A stretch of 63,889 nucleotides of DNA, counting the filler, from Octopus bimaculoides (taxonomy: Eukaryota), in NCBI RefSeq assembly GCF_001194135.2. It is 8 parts of 7 records of this genome, joined end to end, with 100 filler letters (N's around TTAATTAATTAA, not from the genome) between each part and the next. Parts side by side here need not be neighbours in the genome. Positions count along the whole stretch, not along the records: positions 5,685 to 16,323 come from NC_068994.1; positions 16,424 to 40,684 come from NC_069001.1; 6 more parts are not named here. One strand, 5' to 3'. The first letter of the stretch is position 1. Each line of letters begins with the position of its first letter. The notes under the pieces are model-generated. The model worked only from the letters and a program-made list of their open reading frames with translations. It made no database searches and had not been told where the DNA came from. The position numbers and the translations under genes were made by a program. Shown here in pieces: positions 13,020-26,415 of the stretch.

Positions 13020-13960
13020 GTGGGGGTGAATGCTCAGAGAGTGTAGCTGCTAGAATAAGAATAGCCTGGGCAAAGTTCAGAGAGCTCCTACCTCTGCTGG
13101 TAGCAAAGAGCCTCTTGCTCAGAGTGAAAAGTAGACTATGATGCATGTGTGCAAACAGCCATGTTACACGGCAGTGAATCATGGGCTGTGACTGCTGAGG
13201 ACATGTGTAGGCTTGAAAGAAATGAAGCTAGTATTCTCTGCTGGATGTGTAAGCACCCTGAGAGAAAAGTTGGACATAAGAAGCATTAGATGTGGTGTGC
13301 AAGAGAGATGACTGCGCTGGTATGGTCATGTGTTGCGTATGGATGAGGACAGCTGTGTAAAGAAGTATCATAGCCTAACAGTGGAGGGAACCTATAGAAG
13401 AGGTGTACCCAGGAAGACCTGGGATGAAGTGGTGAAGCACGACTTTCAAATGTTGGGCCTCACAGAGGCAATGACAAGCAACTGAGACCTTTGGAGATAT
13501 GCTTGAGAAAACCTGGCAAGCCAAGTGAGAAAGTAGCTATGGCCTATGCCAGTGTCGCACTACTGGCCCGTTTAAAAGTACTCTTAAATTGTTGGGCTGT
13601 ATGCTGTGCTTCAGAAGACCTGTTGAGTCTAGTGAAATCGTTATCATGGCTGATGCCAGTGGCACCTGACTGGCATCCATGCAGGTGGCACATCAGATGC
13701 ACCATTTGAGCATGGCCGATGCTGATGCCGGTAGCACGTGAAAAGTTCCATTCTAGTGTGATCGATGCCAGTGTTGCCTGAATGACCCCCATGCTGGTAC
13801 CACATATGAAGCACCAACTACACTCTCAGAGTGGTTGGCATCCAGCTGTAGAAACACTACCAGAACAGATTGGGGCCTGTTACAGCCTCCTGCCTAGCCA
13901 GTCCTCAGTCAAACCACCCAATCTATGCCAGCATGGAAAGCGGACTTTAAACGATGATGA
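13020..13960 (+). mobile_element. RTE-clade LINE 3' end (ORF tail plus 3' UTR with GAT tail)
   Basis: RRLRWYGHVLRMDEDSCVKK...RGVPRKTWDEVVKHD motif followed by the common UTR ending TTAAACGATGATGAT. Confidence 0.85.
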
Positions 13961-13984
13961 TTCATATATTTGTATATACATATG

Positions 13985-14054
<70 letters not shown>

Positions 14055-14099
14055 TATATATAGATATAGATATAGATATAGATATATACATACTTGAAG

Positions 14100-15670
14100 A
14101 AAATGGCTAACTGACTGCAGACTCCCAGAGGAGTAATGAAATATTGAATATGCAATACAAGAGTGTTTTGACCACCTCACTGGGACACTTGCAAGTAGCT
14201 ATGCCTGATGAGTTCTTTGGCTCCACAGATCTATACAACAAAATGGCAATTATTGACAGCATCAACATAGAGGAAACTGATATGATATCGGCCATTGATG
14301 AGATGAGCTCAAACTCAGCAACAGGCCCTGATGGATTCCCAACAATCCTCCGAAAGAAATGCAAAAGGGCTCTAGCTAGACCATTTGAGATTCCCTTCCA
14401 GAGCTTCCTCACAACAGGAAGACTTCCCCAAAAGTTAGAGGAAGGCATTATATGCCTTACCCATAAGGGAGGTAGCAGAGTAGATGCTAAGAATTATAGA
14501 CCTGTCTCTCTAACTTCCAATGTCAGCAAAATCATGGAGCGCATTGTCAGGAAGAAACTAATTGCGTTCCTTGAAGATACTGGCTTGCTTCCTGACACCC
14601 AGCATGGCTTTCGCTCAGGCAGATGCTCTCTTACACAGCTTTTACAACACTATGATTGGGTGTTGAAACAATTAATGAATCGCTCAAATGTAGACTTGAT
14701 ATATTTTGACTTTGCAGAGGCCTTTAATAAGGTTGATCATGGAATGATATGTCACAAACTACAGACTCGGCATAACTGGGAAAATTGGAGAGTGGTTGCA
14801 TGACTTCTTAAAAGACAGAAGCCAGGCTGTAGCACCCAACAGAGCCCTTTCCACAGAGACATTAATAGAAGGTGGAGTGCCTCAGAGAACTGTATTGGGG
14901 CCACTACTGTTCATGGTGGCTCTTTCAGACATGCCATCAGTTACACATAGCCACATTTACTAGCTATGTTGATAACATGAAAGTAGGACAAGCAATCAAG
15001 GAACCTCTTGATGCTAATCTTCTACAGAATGACCTAGATGCCATATATAAATGGGCTGAGGACAACAACATGCAATTTAATGCAGGCAAATTCCAAGCCC
15101 TCTGCTAATTGGTACTCAGAAATCACAACAATGATACTTTGGACCAAAAGGATTGGCAATCCTAGAGTCGCATACTGTGCATGATTTTGGGACTGATATG
15201 AACAACAATGCCTCGTTTCACATGCATGTCACCAAGATAGTGGCAGTGTGCAGGTGAGTGGCCGGATGGATTCTGAGAACCTTCAGAACAAGGGACCAGG
15301 AAACTATGCTGGTCCTATGGAGAACATTTGTCCTCAGTCATCTGGACTACTGCTCTCAACTGTGGTCACCTTACACTCTGGGATGAATAGCAGAACTTGA
15401 GGTAGTTTAGCAATACTACAATGGAACAGCTGAGCTACTTGGAGAAACTGAAAGAGCTACGTCTCTACTCCCTGGAGCGAAGACGGAAGAGGTATGCAGT
15501 GATATATGTGTGTGGAAGATACTGGATGGGGTGGCACCAAACTTTGGAATTGAGAATTATACCAGACCTTGAAATGGATGTCACTGCATTGTTCCGAGAG
15601 TCCCAGCTGTGTCATCCAAGGAGAGGACCATGTACTGCAATAGCTTGGGATTCAAGGGCCCACTGCTACT
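14100..15670 (+). mobile_element. 5'-truncated, frameshifted CR1/L2/jockey-type LINE (reverse transcriptase and C-terminal region)
   Basis: GPDGFP..., NYRPVSLTS..SKIMERIV, QHGFRSGR, IYFDF.EAF.KVDH and YVDN motifs, plus the C-terminal LYSLERRR.RY motif. Multiple stops and frameshifts. Confidence 0.92.
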
Positions 15671-16055
15671 AATCATCATTGTTGTTATTGCTTAACATCT
15701 GTTTTCCATGCTGGCATGGGTTGGACGGTTTGACAGAGGTCTGGAGAGCCAGCGGCTGCACCAGGCTCCAATCTGATCTGGCAATGTTTCCACACCTGGA
15801 TGCTCTTCCTAATGCCAACCACTCTGAGAGTGTAGTGGGTGTTTTTTACATGCCTCCGGCACAAGAGCCGGTTTGGGGCTACTGGCATCGGTCACGATCG
15901 GTTGGTGTTTGTTAAGTGCCACCATTGATGATCCTTTGGAGGACATACGTTCTCAGCCACTTGGACTACTGCTCCCAACTATGGTCACCACACAAAATAA
16001 AATTCACAGCGGAACTTATAATGTGTGTATATATATATATATATATATATCATGC

Positions 16056-16093
<38 letters not shown>

Positions 16094-16423
16094 AATGTAT
16101 ATGTATGTATATATATGTATAATGTATATGTATGTATATATATGTATTTGTATGTATATATATATATGTATATATATATGTATGAGTGTGTATATGTATG
16201 TATGAGTGTGTATATGTATGTATGAGTATGTATACGTATATGTATGTATATATATATATATATGTATATGTATGTATATATATGTATTTGTATGTATATA
16301 TATGTATTTGTATGTATATGTATNNNNNNNNNNNNNNNNNNNNNNNNNNNNNNNNNNNNNNNNNNNNTTAATTAATTAANNNNNNNNNNNNNNNNNNNNN
16401 NNNNNNNNNNNNNNNNNNNNNNN

Positions 16424-16466
<43 letters not shown>

Positions 16467-16769
16467 ACTGGGATGAGAAATAAGTATGGGCTTTCAGGTA
16501 AGAGGAAAAGGCTGGGAATATTCGTCAGGTTGGTTTCGTTAAATTCCCATTGTTCTGTTTCCTTCGAAGAACAGTGGTGTAGTAGTGTAAAAACTTGAGT
16601 CTTGCACCTCACTAGAATCATATCAACACACAAGAATGTTTCTTTTTAACTGTTGCAGTTTAGTCAATAGACGATTTGATATACATATATATATACATAT
16701 ACACAGACATATGTATATATATTATATGTATGTAAGCACACATCCCAGCACTGCTAGATTCCTTGTCCG

Positions 16770-16826
16770 CTACCGTTTGGTGGCATATTGTTCAATATAG
16801 CTCTGTACTTTACATTTGAAGGAGTC
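16770..16826 (-). CDS. UBE2F: UBE2F last coding exon (DSFKCKVQSYIEQYATKR*)
   Basis: Acceptor ttctctatctgcag. Matches the C-terminal F..KV..YI..YA pattern and ends in TAG. Spliced CDS is 549 nt (182 aa). Confidence 0.93.
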   Translation of the reverse strand, partial: DSFKCKVQSYIEQYATKR

Positions 16827-18004
16827 CTGCAGATAGAGAAATAAAAGAAGAATAAAATTGTGTGTGAGAGGGAGAAAGACATAGTAGACTTATTTCTTTA
16901 TTGCCCACAAGGGGCTAAACATAGAGGGGACAAACAAGGACAGACAACTGGATTAAGACGATTACATCGACCCCAGTGCCTAACTGGTACTTAATTTATT
17001 GACCCTGAAAGGATGAAAGGCAAAGTCGACCTCGGTGGAATTTGAACTCAGAATGTAAAGACAGACGAAATACCGCTAAGCATTTCGCCCGGTGTGCTAA
17101 CGAATCCGTCTATCCATTTGCCTCTCTGATTAATATAAATATATGGTTCAAAATTGCACAGAAAAAGAAGAAAAATAGACAGGTGAGGAAACAACAAACA
17201 AGGTGTATAAGTTTGATGCTCAGGAGAAATTGAAGAGTTTGACATGTTGAGCCTATGCTCTTTTACAGAGAGAAATGACAAAGGTATGTGTGTATGTGCC
17301 TGCACTCATAGCTCGCCACTGCTTCACAACTGCTGTTGGTGTGTTTAAATCCCTGTAACTTAGCAGTTCAGCAAGAGAAGCAAACAGAATAAATACCAGG
17401 CTTAAAAAGAAAAAAAAAAAACTGGGGTCAATTTATTCAATTAAATTTCTTCAAGGTGATGCTCTGGCAAGGCCCAATCAGTGACCATTTCTCTCCATCT
17501 GTAACACCCCCTAACAACACCAGTCAGTTTTATGGTGTTGCCACTGCTTGCCAAAGTGAAGTTGTATTAACATCATGTCAGTTTCCATCTATCAAATCCA
17601 CTCACAAAGCTTTGGTTAGCCCAGGGCTATAGAAGAAGACACTTGCCCAAGTAGGACTGAACCTGGAACCATGTAGGTTGAAAACAAAACTTTTTAACCA
17701 CACAGCCACGTCTGCACTAGTCAGTTTATTCATGGTTTTGCAGCAACAGATCCCCTTACTTTCAACTCACACACTTGTTGAAGGGTTAGGGTCCCCTTAC
17801 TTTCAACTCAGTAAGGAGTTGATGGTCAGACAAAGTGGCGCAGAGTGCACTATACTCTGTCCAGGGGCATAATGCACTGGATAGTAAAAAGCTTTGAACC
17901 CATACCAACAAGGTCACTTCTTAATCTCACAGCCTAGAAAAATTAAAAAGACAAAAATATAAAAATAAAAAATAAATAAAACCTAGAACTCTAGGAAGAA
18001 ATAC

Positions 18005-18067
18005 CTTATCTCTGGCGTAATTTTCTGCAGCTTCCACATTTAGGGGGTCATCAAAATTCAGAAGATC
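18005..18067 (-). CDS. UBE2F: UBE2F coding exon 5 ([21 protein letters not shown])
   Basis: [13 protein letters not shown] motif. Acceptor atgtttcag, donor gtattt. Confidence 0.97.
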
Positions 18068-18645
18068 CTGAAACATAATGCATACACCTTCAGTAATAGT
18101 CATAGGCAATCACATTTCTAATGCATCACCATAATTATTTCTTTCATTTTAACCTATTTTCAATCATCTGTAAAAATTTAAAAGTAATATTCATAAATTT
18201 AAGTACTCTGGGACTTAATGGGTTAAACTGGTGTGCAATAAAATCAGTTACACTTTAACGATACACAAAATATCTTAATAAATGTTTTTTTTATACAATT
18301 CCACAAATTGCCTCCACTTTAAGTATTCGCATAAGGATGTGCCGATTACTTAAGTGGAGGGTCGCTATGGAAGAGGGAGACCTAGAAGACAGGGGACGAA
18401 GTAATGAAGGCCAATCTCAAAATGCTGAGCCTTACAAGGGAAATGACAGAGGACCGAGATATGTGGCGCATTGCTGTATTCAAGAAGGCCCGCCCACTAC
18501 AACAACAGAATTGAGATCTTGAAACCAAGGTGCCATGTAAAATGTATTGGTGTGAGTGGTGGTGCCACATAAAAAAAAGTGGTGCTAGTGCCACGTAAAA
18601 AGCACTCGCGCCAGTGCCACATTAAAAGCACTGATTAATACTTAC

Positions 18646-18704
18646 AGAAAATAAGGAATTTAGTCCCCATATAACATCCTTCAGCCGTCTGGTAGGGGCC
18701 CAAC
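18646..18704 (-). CDS. UBE2F: UBE2F coding exon 4 ([20 protein letters not shown])
   Basis: GWAPTR.LKDV.WGLNSLF motif typical of UBE2F. Acceptor ctcttccatag, donor gtaagt. Confidence 0.97.
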
Positions 18705-18818
18705 CTATGGAAGAGAAGAGTTATTATGAAATAACCAATGGAAATGTCTTCAGCAACCATAAGTCAGATTTGAAACAGGAGTGTTGTGATACGCATATAT
18801 ATGTGTGTGTGTGTGTGT

Positions 18819-18853
<35 letters not shown>

Positions 18854-18861
18854 TTACTCAC

Positions 18862-18964
18862 CCATCATATCATAAGAATTTTGACGCAATAAACTCAAGC
18901 ACACCTCCCCATCTTCATCAATGTTTGGGTGCCATATACGAGTTTCACAGCGCACTTTGGGAGG
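18862..18964 (-). CDS. UBE2F: UBE2F coding exon 3 with catalytic Cys ([34 protein letters not shown])
   Basis: HPNI...G.VCLSLLR active-site motif. Acceptor tttttctcttcag, donor gtgagt. Confidence 0.97.
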
Positions 18965-20090
18965 CTGAAGAGAAAAAGAGGATAAGGTGACGTGATGGTG
19001 GTGGTGGTTGGTTAAGGGGAGATAATAGCTGTGAGGATAAGGAAGGTGCCTTTGACATTTTCTCCCTTTCAAGGTTTATTGTTTTTTAAACCTAATATTC
19101 TATAAGCTATTCTTTTACTCTTTTACTTGTTTCAGTCATTTGACTGTGGCCATGCTGGAGCACCGCCTTTAGTCGAGCAAATCAACCCCAGGACTTATTC
19201 TTTGTAAGNNNNNNNNNNNNNNNNNNNNNNNNNNNNNNNNNNNNNNNNNNNNNNNNNNNNNNNNNNNNNNNNNNNNNNNNNNNNNNNNNNNNNNNNNNNN
19301 NNNNNNNNNNNNNNNNNNNNNNNNNNNNNNNNNNNNNNNNNNNNNNNNNNNNNNNNNNNNNNNNNNNNNNNNNNNNNNNNNNNNNNNNNNNNNNNNNNNN
19401 NNNNNNNNNNNNNNNNNNNNNNNNNNNNNNNNNNNNNNNNNNNNNNNNNNNNNNNNNNNNNNNNNNNNNNNNNNNNNNNNNNNNNNNNNNNNNNNNNNNN
19501 NNNNNNNNNNNNNNNNNNNNNNNNNNNNNNNNTTTGTCATGATATTTATTCAAACCTCAAAGAATCCCTCTCAACTTATGGCTATGATGCTCCCCAACTA
19601 CTCCTGCTCATGATCAGAGATGCACATATTGTCAGCCACTAAGGGACATACTCAAGTGGTTAAGGTCAAGCAACTGACCAGCAAATCTGTGGTATTGAGC
19701 AGAATATTTGCTATAACAATATTTCTGCTTCAGCAACTCAGTGCTGAATCTGTCTGAAATGTAATGGAAAATAGGTCAGTTTCAAAACAGAGTTTGAAGG
19801 GAATCATAGTGATTTTCTTTGATTTCTAGATAGAAGCAAAGAGGAAATAACACTTACTGACCAAAGACCAAAAAAATTAACTAATTAAATTTTGTTACAC
19901 AATTTGGTACCATACTTACTGCTAACGAAGTAAAATGGTGGCAAAAGAATTAGTGAGAAAGAAAGAGAAGTAGAAAAATAAAAGAGAGGAGAGGCAGATA
20001 TAGAGAAAGAGAGGTGGGCAGGAATATAGAAGCAGAAGTGGAGAGGGAGAGAGGCAGAGGTGGACAGAGATGGTCATGTAAAAAACTTAC

Positions 20091-20254
20091 AACTATGTTG
20101 TATTCATCTGGGACTTCAATATGGAAATGAAAAGTACCACCATGCCAATAACCTTCATCTGGATGTATGGACAGATCAAACATGTGGAGGACATTAGCAT
20201 CTTCAAATGTAATATTGCAGGTTTTGGGCAGGTTTTCTTCCATCTCTGGGACTT
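20091..20254 (-). CDS. UBE2F: UBE2F coding exon 2 (EVPEMEENLPKTC...PDEGYWHGGTFHFHIEVPDEYNIV)
   Basis: UBC-fold motif PDEGY..GG.F.F...VP..YN. Acceptor ttattacag, donor gtaagt. 164 nt, phase-compatible with both neighbours. Confidence 0.96.
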
Positions 20255-20896
20255 CTGTAATAAAACAAAGCACATATAATATGTATCATTGTCATCATTT
20301 AACATCCACTGCTGGCATGGATTGAAGGGTATGACCAGAGCTGTACCAGACTCTAGTCTGATTTGGCATGGTTTCTATGGCTGGATGCCAAATCAGACTG
20401 TTTGTCTCATAATTATACGTTAATTATAGCGCCCTTGCTGATGAACACAGATAGCAAATTATTTTATTTGTACATTAATACACTCTCTTAGTGGTTGGCG
20501 TTAGGAAGGGCATCCAGCTGTAGAAACTCTGCCAAATTAGATTGGAGCCTGGTGTAGCCATCCGGTTGCACCAGTCCTCAGTCAAATCATCCAACCCATG
20601 CTAGCATGGAAAGCGGATGTTAAACGATGATGATGATTAATGTTCGAAATCTAGGTACAAGTGGTAAGTATTGAAAATGATTTTATTTTTCATCCCCTTC
20701 GAAATTACTCTTAACCATGGTTTGGACTTTGACTGCTCCTTTTAGCATGTAAGGTGTCCTGTTAGGGTCACCTCTTTCATGTATAAATGTACACTAATTT
20801 TATCTGAAATATATATATATATATATTTATATATATATTTGCTAGTCTATCCATATACATACATCTTTATATCTACCTGTCAATCCATCCATCTAC

Positions 20897-20938
<42 letters not shown>

Positions 20939-20948
20939 NNNNNNNNNN

Positions 20949-20988
<40 letters not shown>

Positions 20989-21104
20989 ATATCTACCTCT
21001 CTCTCCATCCATCCATCATCTTCTACCAACAAACTTTCAAACAAAAAATTCAAAGCTGAGAAGAAAACCTGATAAACAACAACAACAAAAACAAACCCAC
21101 TGAC

Positions 21105-21207
21105 CTTTCACCAATAATTTGTCCCGAATTGAAATTCTTTTATGTATCATTATCTCTTGTTTGGAACCATCCTGCTGTTGACGAAGTTTCTTTGATAAGG
21201 TAATCAT
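21105..21207 (-). CDS. UBE2F: UBE2F NEDD8-conjugating enzyme, first coding exon (MITLSKKLRQQQDGSKQEIMIHKRISIRDKLLVK)
   Basis: Matches the UBE2F N-terminus pattern MLTL.SKL...R.S.RDKLLVKE. An acceptor tttactttcag lies 4 nt before the ATG, so a non-coding exon exists upstream. Donor gtcagt, phase 1. Confidence 0.93.
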
Positions 21208-21889
21208 CTTCCTGAAAGTAAATATATATAGTATCATCATCATCACTACCACTGTGGAATCTTCTATGTGGTCACTCTAACTCGCTAAAAATAGCAGCCA
21301 TGACCTTCACATCCTTTTCCAGGCATAATATTTCAGAATAATGTGTCTGGATTTTTTTTCTTCTTTTTCTACACAAAGCAGTTATATCTGCTCAAACTTT
21401 CACTACTGCAGAAAACAATTTTATATTACCAATCAACCTTTTCTTGAGGAATGTTATGTTTGAAATCACTTTTTGTTTGAGATATTGCAGGAAAATACCG
21501 ATTCTATTTCTCATTAGATATTTAACTCTTCAGGTGGTAATGGTACCTCCATGTTGCTAATCCTTTACCACTTTGTTTCAATTAGCATCATGGTTTGGAT
21601 TGGTGCACATTATGCATTTGCTGTTGAAATCATCATCAACATCCATCTTCCATGCTGGCATGGGTTAGATGGTTTGACAGGGGCTGGCAAGCTCCACTTG
21701 TCTGTTTTGGCACAGTTTCTACATCTGGCTGCCCTTCCTAATACCAACCACTTTACAGAGTGTACTGGGTGCTATTTACGTGGCACCAGCAAGAGTGCTT
21801 TTTATGTGGTGCCAGCACCAGTGCATTCCATGTGGCATCAGCACCAGTGCATTTTATGTGGCACCAGCACAGGTGCTTTTTACATCGCA

Positions 21890-22580
21890 CCAGCATGTTT
21901 ACCAAAAATGGTGAATCTGTGACTGCAATGCAGAGGACATTTTGTATATATTTTCAGGTTAAACCAAAATGATACTGTAGCAAACTGAAAATCCATTTTG
22001 ATGTGAACCTCATATTCCAGGCCCACAGTTTGAGGAAACCACCTACAAGATCATGGAACATTTGAACTCCAGAAAAGAAAAAAAAAAACATTACCAAACT
22101 GTGTGACAGCTAGTTTTGCAATCTCCTAAATGCTCTGCCTATAAATATGCTTTTGTGGTTGGGCTGACTGATCAAACTGTCAGAAGAATTTTATACACCA
22201 ATCTCAAGTTCCACCATACACAATGATGGTTGTTCAGGAATTTGATGGCTGTGAGTGCAAAAACTGTAAGGCATGTTGTGAGAATAGCCTTCACAATGGT
22301 CCAGCAGATGCTGATCTAAACACAAATGATGAAGCATTTTCATATGTCTGGCTGTGTCAATAAACAGGGTTCTCACTCCAGGACAAAAACACAATCTTAA
22401 AGAGTGTCAAGAAACAACTCTACACAGAAAACAAGTTACTGTGTGGGAGGTTGTTGCAAATTTTGATGATAGAGGCCCTCACTTTTGAGGAAGGAGGCCA
22501 AGCCATTACAGTAATATCATATCAGTATGTGAATGCGCTTTAGAACTTACTAGAGCCAAAACTCACGGACCTTAGAAATT
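21890..22580 (+). mobile_element. Decayed Tc1/mariner transposase (DUF4817-type HTH plus DD catalytic region) in the UBE2F upstream intron
   Basis: FTKNGESVTAMQRTF (HTH), RRIL..LKFHP..MMVVQE, SDEA.FH.SGCVNKQ, KVTVW and GP.FFEEGGQAITV remnants with frameshifts. Confidence 0.85.
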
Positions 22581-24377
22581 CAGACATAGGGAGAAAAGTG
22601 AAAGTGGGAGACTTAGGAAGACATGGGACGAAATACTGAAGGCCGGTCTCAAAACGCTGAGCCTTACAAAAGATGACAGGGGACTGAGATCATCATTTAA
22701 CATCCGCTTTCCATACTGGGATGGGTTGAATGGTTTGACTGATGACTGGCAAGCCAGGAGGCTGCACCAAGGCTCCAATCTGATCTGGCAAGGTTTCTAC
22801 AGCTGGATGCCCTTCCTAATGCCAAAATGTGGTGCATTGTTGTACTCAAGAAGACTTGCCCACCACAACAGAATTGAGATCCTAAAAACAAGGTGTCACG
22901 TAAAAAGAATTGGTGTGGGTGCTGGTGCCATATATAAAAGCACCTAGTACACATTGTAAAGTGGTTGGCATTAGGAAGGGCATCCAGCCATAGAAACCAT
23001 ACCAAAGCAGACCTCACTGGTGCTGGTGCCATATATAAAAGCACCCAGTACACACTGTAAAGTGACTGGCATTAGGAAGGGCATCCAGCCATAGAAACTG
23101 TGCCAAAACAGGTTATGGAACCGGGTGCAGCACCTGACTTTGCCAGTTCCTGTCAAACCATCCAAGTCATGAAATTATGGAAAACAGATGTTAAATGATG
23201 AGGATGGTGTCAACAGGTTGGAGCCACCACTCACACAACGAGAAAAACCAATGGAAATTTTGAGAAGACCTTTTCAGGACACTTGATCTAGCCTTAAGCA
23301 GTGACATTGGATAGTCTGCATGTTCACCTGATCTCACCACCTGTGATTCTTTTTTCTTTCTTTTTTTCCAAACATCAACAGGCAACCGTTGACAAATGGA
23401 AGACTATTGTATGTCAAACAAATTTCAGAAATGTCTTTCAGTGAATTTCTCTGAATTCTATAGGAAAATCTGCAGAGACGACTTTAAAAAGTGATTGAAT
23501 ATGAAATCCATTTCGAAGTAAACAATATCAAAGTTGCAAACTTCGTGGATCGAACTGTTACACCGGACACACGAGTGCCGCTGATGAGGCATTTGCAAAC
23601 AAAGAATTACCGTACCTCATTATAATACAGCACACGGAACCAAAACCAAAGAGAAGAGGCAGTTAATGAGACACAAGAATTAGAAGATTAAGAAGATTAG
23701 CAATGAAAGCTTTCTTTGCTATTAGCAATGTACAAACCAAACGGGAATATTAGGAAGAGTAACATTAGAGATAACGGCCAAATTTCAAAACCGGTGATGA
23801 CACAAAAACAACGGCTATAATCCTCTTTGTCCACTATAAAAAGGTCATACCAAAAATGACACTAACTTCACTGAAAAGCGAGCAAGAAGGAGCTTCTCGG
23901 TGGTCATTCGATCTGTTAGAAATAGCAGGCAAATGTTCTCGTAAGCCATACGCAATCGTCTTAAAACAAAAGACACATCGGCCGGCCACAGTGGTTCTAG
24001 ATATACAGAACAAAAGAGTGCAATCTCTCCCCACCCCCACCCCACCACAAAAATAACAAAACAAAAAAAAAACAAGCAACAAAGGCAAAAACGCATGATC
24101 ACAGATGNNNNNNNNNNNNNNNNNNNNNNNNNNNNNNNNNNNNNNNNNNNNNNNNNNNNNNNNNNNNNNNNNNNNNNNNNNNNNNNNNNNNNNNNNNNNN
24201 NNNNNNNNNNNNNNNNNNNNNNNNNNNNNNNNNNNNNNNNNNNNNNNNNNNNNNNNNNNNNNNNNNNNNNNNNNNNNNNNNNNNNNNNNNNNNNNNNNNN
24301 NNNNNNNNNNNNNNNNNNNNNNNNNNNNNNNNNNNNNNNNNNNNNNNNNNNNNNNNNNNNNNNNNNNNNNNNNNNNN

Positions 24378-24417
<40 letters not shown>

Positions 24418-25367
24418 CATTTAAAATATAGAGATGCCTATAATAGGACATCTCACCCGCTAGAAAGAGCAGCAAAAAACTCTATACCACAAAAATAGGG
24501 ATAATTTCGAAAGAGAATGAAAAATAAAAACATTTTTACCAGTCTATATATATACATATATATGCGCAGGAATTCGGTATATAAATAAACTCTGGAGTTA
24601 TTTATTTTATGGAGATCTTTGCCAACTCAACCACTTCTTGAATGTTTTTGGTTTGACTGCAAATTCTATTCACATTTTTGTAGTACTAGTAGTAATTTCA
24701 AATTTTGGCACAAGGCCAGCAATTTAGGGAGAGTCAGCCAGTCGATTACATCGACTCCAGTGTTCAACTGGTACTTTATTCTATCGACCCCGGCGTAAAG
24801 ACGGACGAAATGCTGCTGAGCATTTTGTCCGGCGTGCTAACGATTCTGCAAGATCGCTGCCGAAATAATAAATGATGGTTTCAAATTTTGTCAGAAGGCC
24901 AGCAATTTTTGGTGGAGGGGGTAAGTCGATAACATCGATCCCCGGTGCCCAATAATAATAATAATGTTGCTGCTTAATTCTGGGTCCGATCTGATTGAGC
25001 AGATCTAAAATTAAATGTTTCAAACATTAAGTTTTTACAAAGTATATTGTATTTTTCCTACGTGCACACATTTCCTAGAGGACGAAAGCGGAGATTCAGC
25101 AGTTATTTCTAGCAGATCTGAGTGTCTCAGTGCGTAACAGCTCTCTTCTTCAGTGTAATTCTATATATATGTATATATATGCATATATATGTATATATAG
25201 ACACACATACAGACATCTCAAAATTAAAGACACTCCTATATATATATCGTATACACATACATATATGTGTGTATATGAGTGTCTATTTACTTTTGAGGTG
25301 TTTGTGTGATAAGTATGTACATACATACATATTGGTGCGAGTGTATGTCTACTTAAGAAATGTATGC

Positions 25368-25420
<53 letters not shown>

Positions 25421-25638
25421 NNNNNNNNNNNNNNNNNNNNNNNNNNNNNNNNNNNNNNNNNNNNNNNNNNNNNNNNNNNNNNNNNNNNNNNNNNNNNNNN
25501 NNNNNNNNNNNNNNNNNNNNNNNNNNNNNNNNNNNNNNNNNNNAAAAAAAAAAAAAAAAAGATCGCTGAATATAGAATACATTAATTAAAATAAGCCCCC
25601 CAAAATGAAGAGAAACGAAAAGTTTTCAGGATACTTAC

Positions 25639-25690
25639 TGTGTTTGGGTAAAATCTACGGAAGTAAAATATCTTATTACTGAAATATAAT
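25639..25690 (-). other. Candidate 5' non-coding exon of UBE2F
   Basis: Strong minus-strand donor ACA|gtaagtat at 25638 preceded by an ACTTCCG (ETS-like) motif. UBE2F needs an upstream exon. The 5' boundary is a guess. Confidence 0.3.
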
Positions 25691-26415
25691 TCTTTCTTTA
25701 AATCTCTCTCTACCTTACTATATACACACACAACAGATACATTTATATATGTGTGTATATATACATTTATATGTATATAAATATATATATATATATTCGA
25801 TTAGATTAAAGCCACAACAAGCCAATAGCGAAGAGCGAAACTTCCTATTAAACAAGTAATGACGTTAATTAACAGATGTAACTACACAAGCGGCCCCCAC
25901 TCTCTTGCTATCCCAGTATGCTATGCGAACAGATGGAAACCCCTTATGTCGTTACAAAAGTATTTTTAATATTTTGCTGTGCAGTTTTCGGAATCGAAAT
26001 ACTTTTTTCGAATAAAAGAGTTTGTTGATATAAGTTATTATTTATATATTTATATATATTTGTGTGTTGGTGAGAGCGTTGTCATTTATTATTTATAAAA
26101 CATTGGTAACGTCGTTGGACTTTGTGAGGATGAAATGAAATACAAAGAGACGGAGGATGTAGTGTAACAAAGACGTAAACTGCAGCTGTTGATGTAATGT
26201 CTTATATACACAACAGACACACGCGCGCGCGCATACATAGACACATAACACATACATACATCCATGCATGCATGAAAGACATATACAAGGGAGATAAATC
26301 CTCGTAATTTAAAATTACTTATTCAAGGGAAGTAATTCCGGAAAACTTTGTTTTTCGTTTAGTTATGGAACTATTCACCGACCAGTATTAATTTCCTTAT
26401 ATTTGAGCTATTATA

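Noticed and set aside
22918-23110. ~100-bp tandem duplication
   Set aside because: An internal duplication within an RTE UTR copy, which is common for this family.
23570-23620. CTGATGAG GC ATTT GC AAAC hammerhead-like start
   Set aside because: Lacks GAAA and has no stem III/NUH or stem I pairing.
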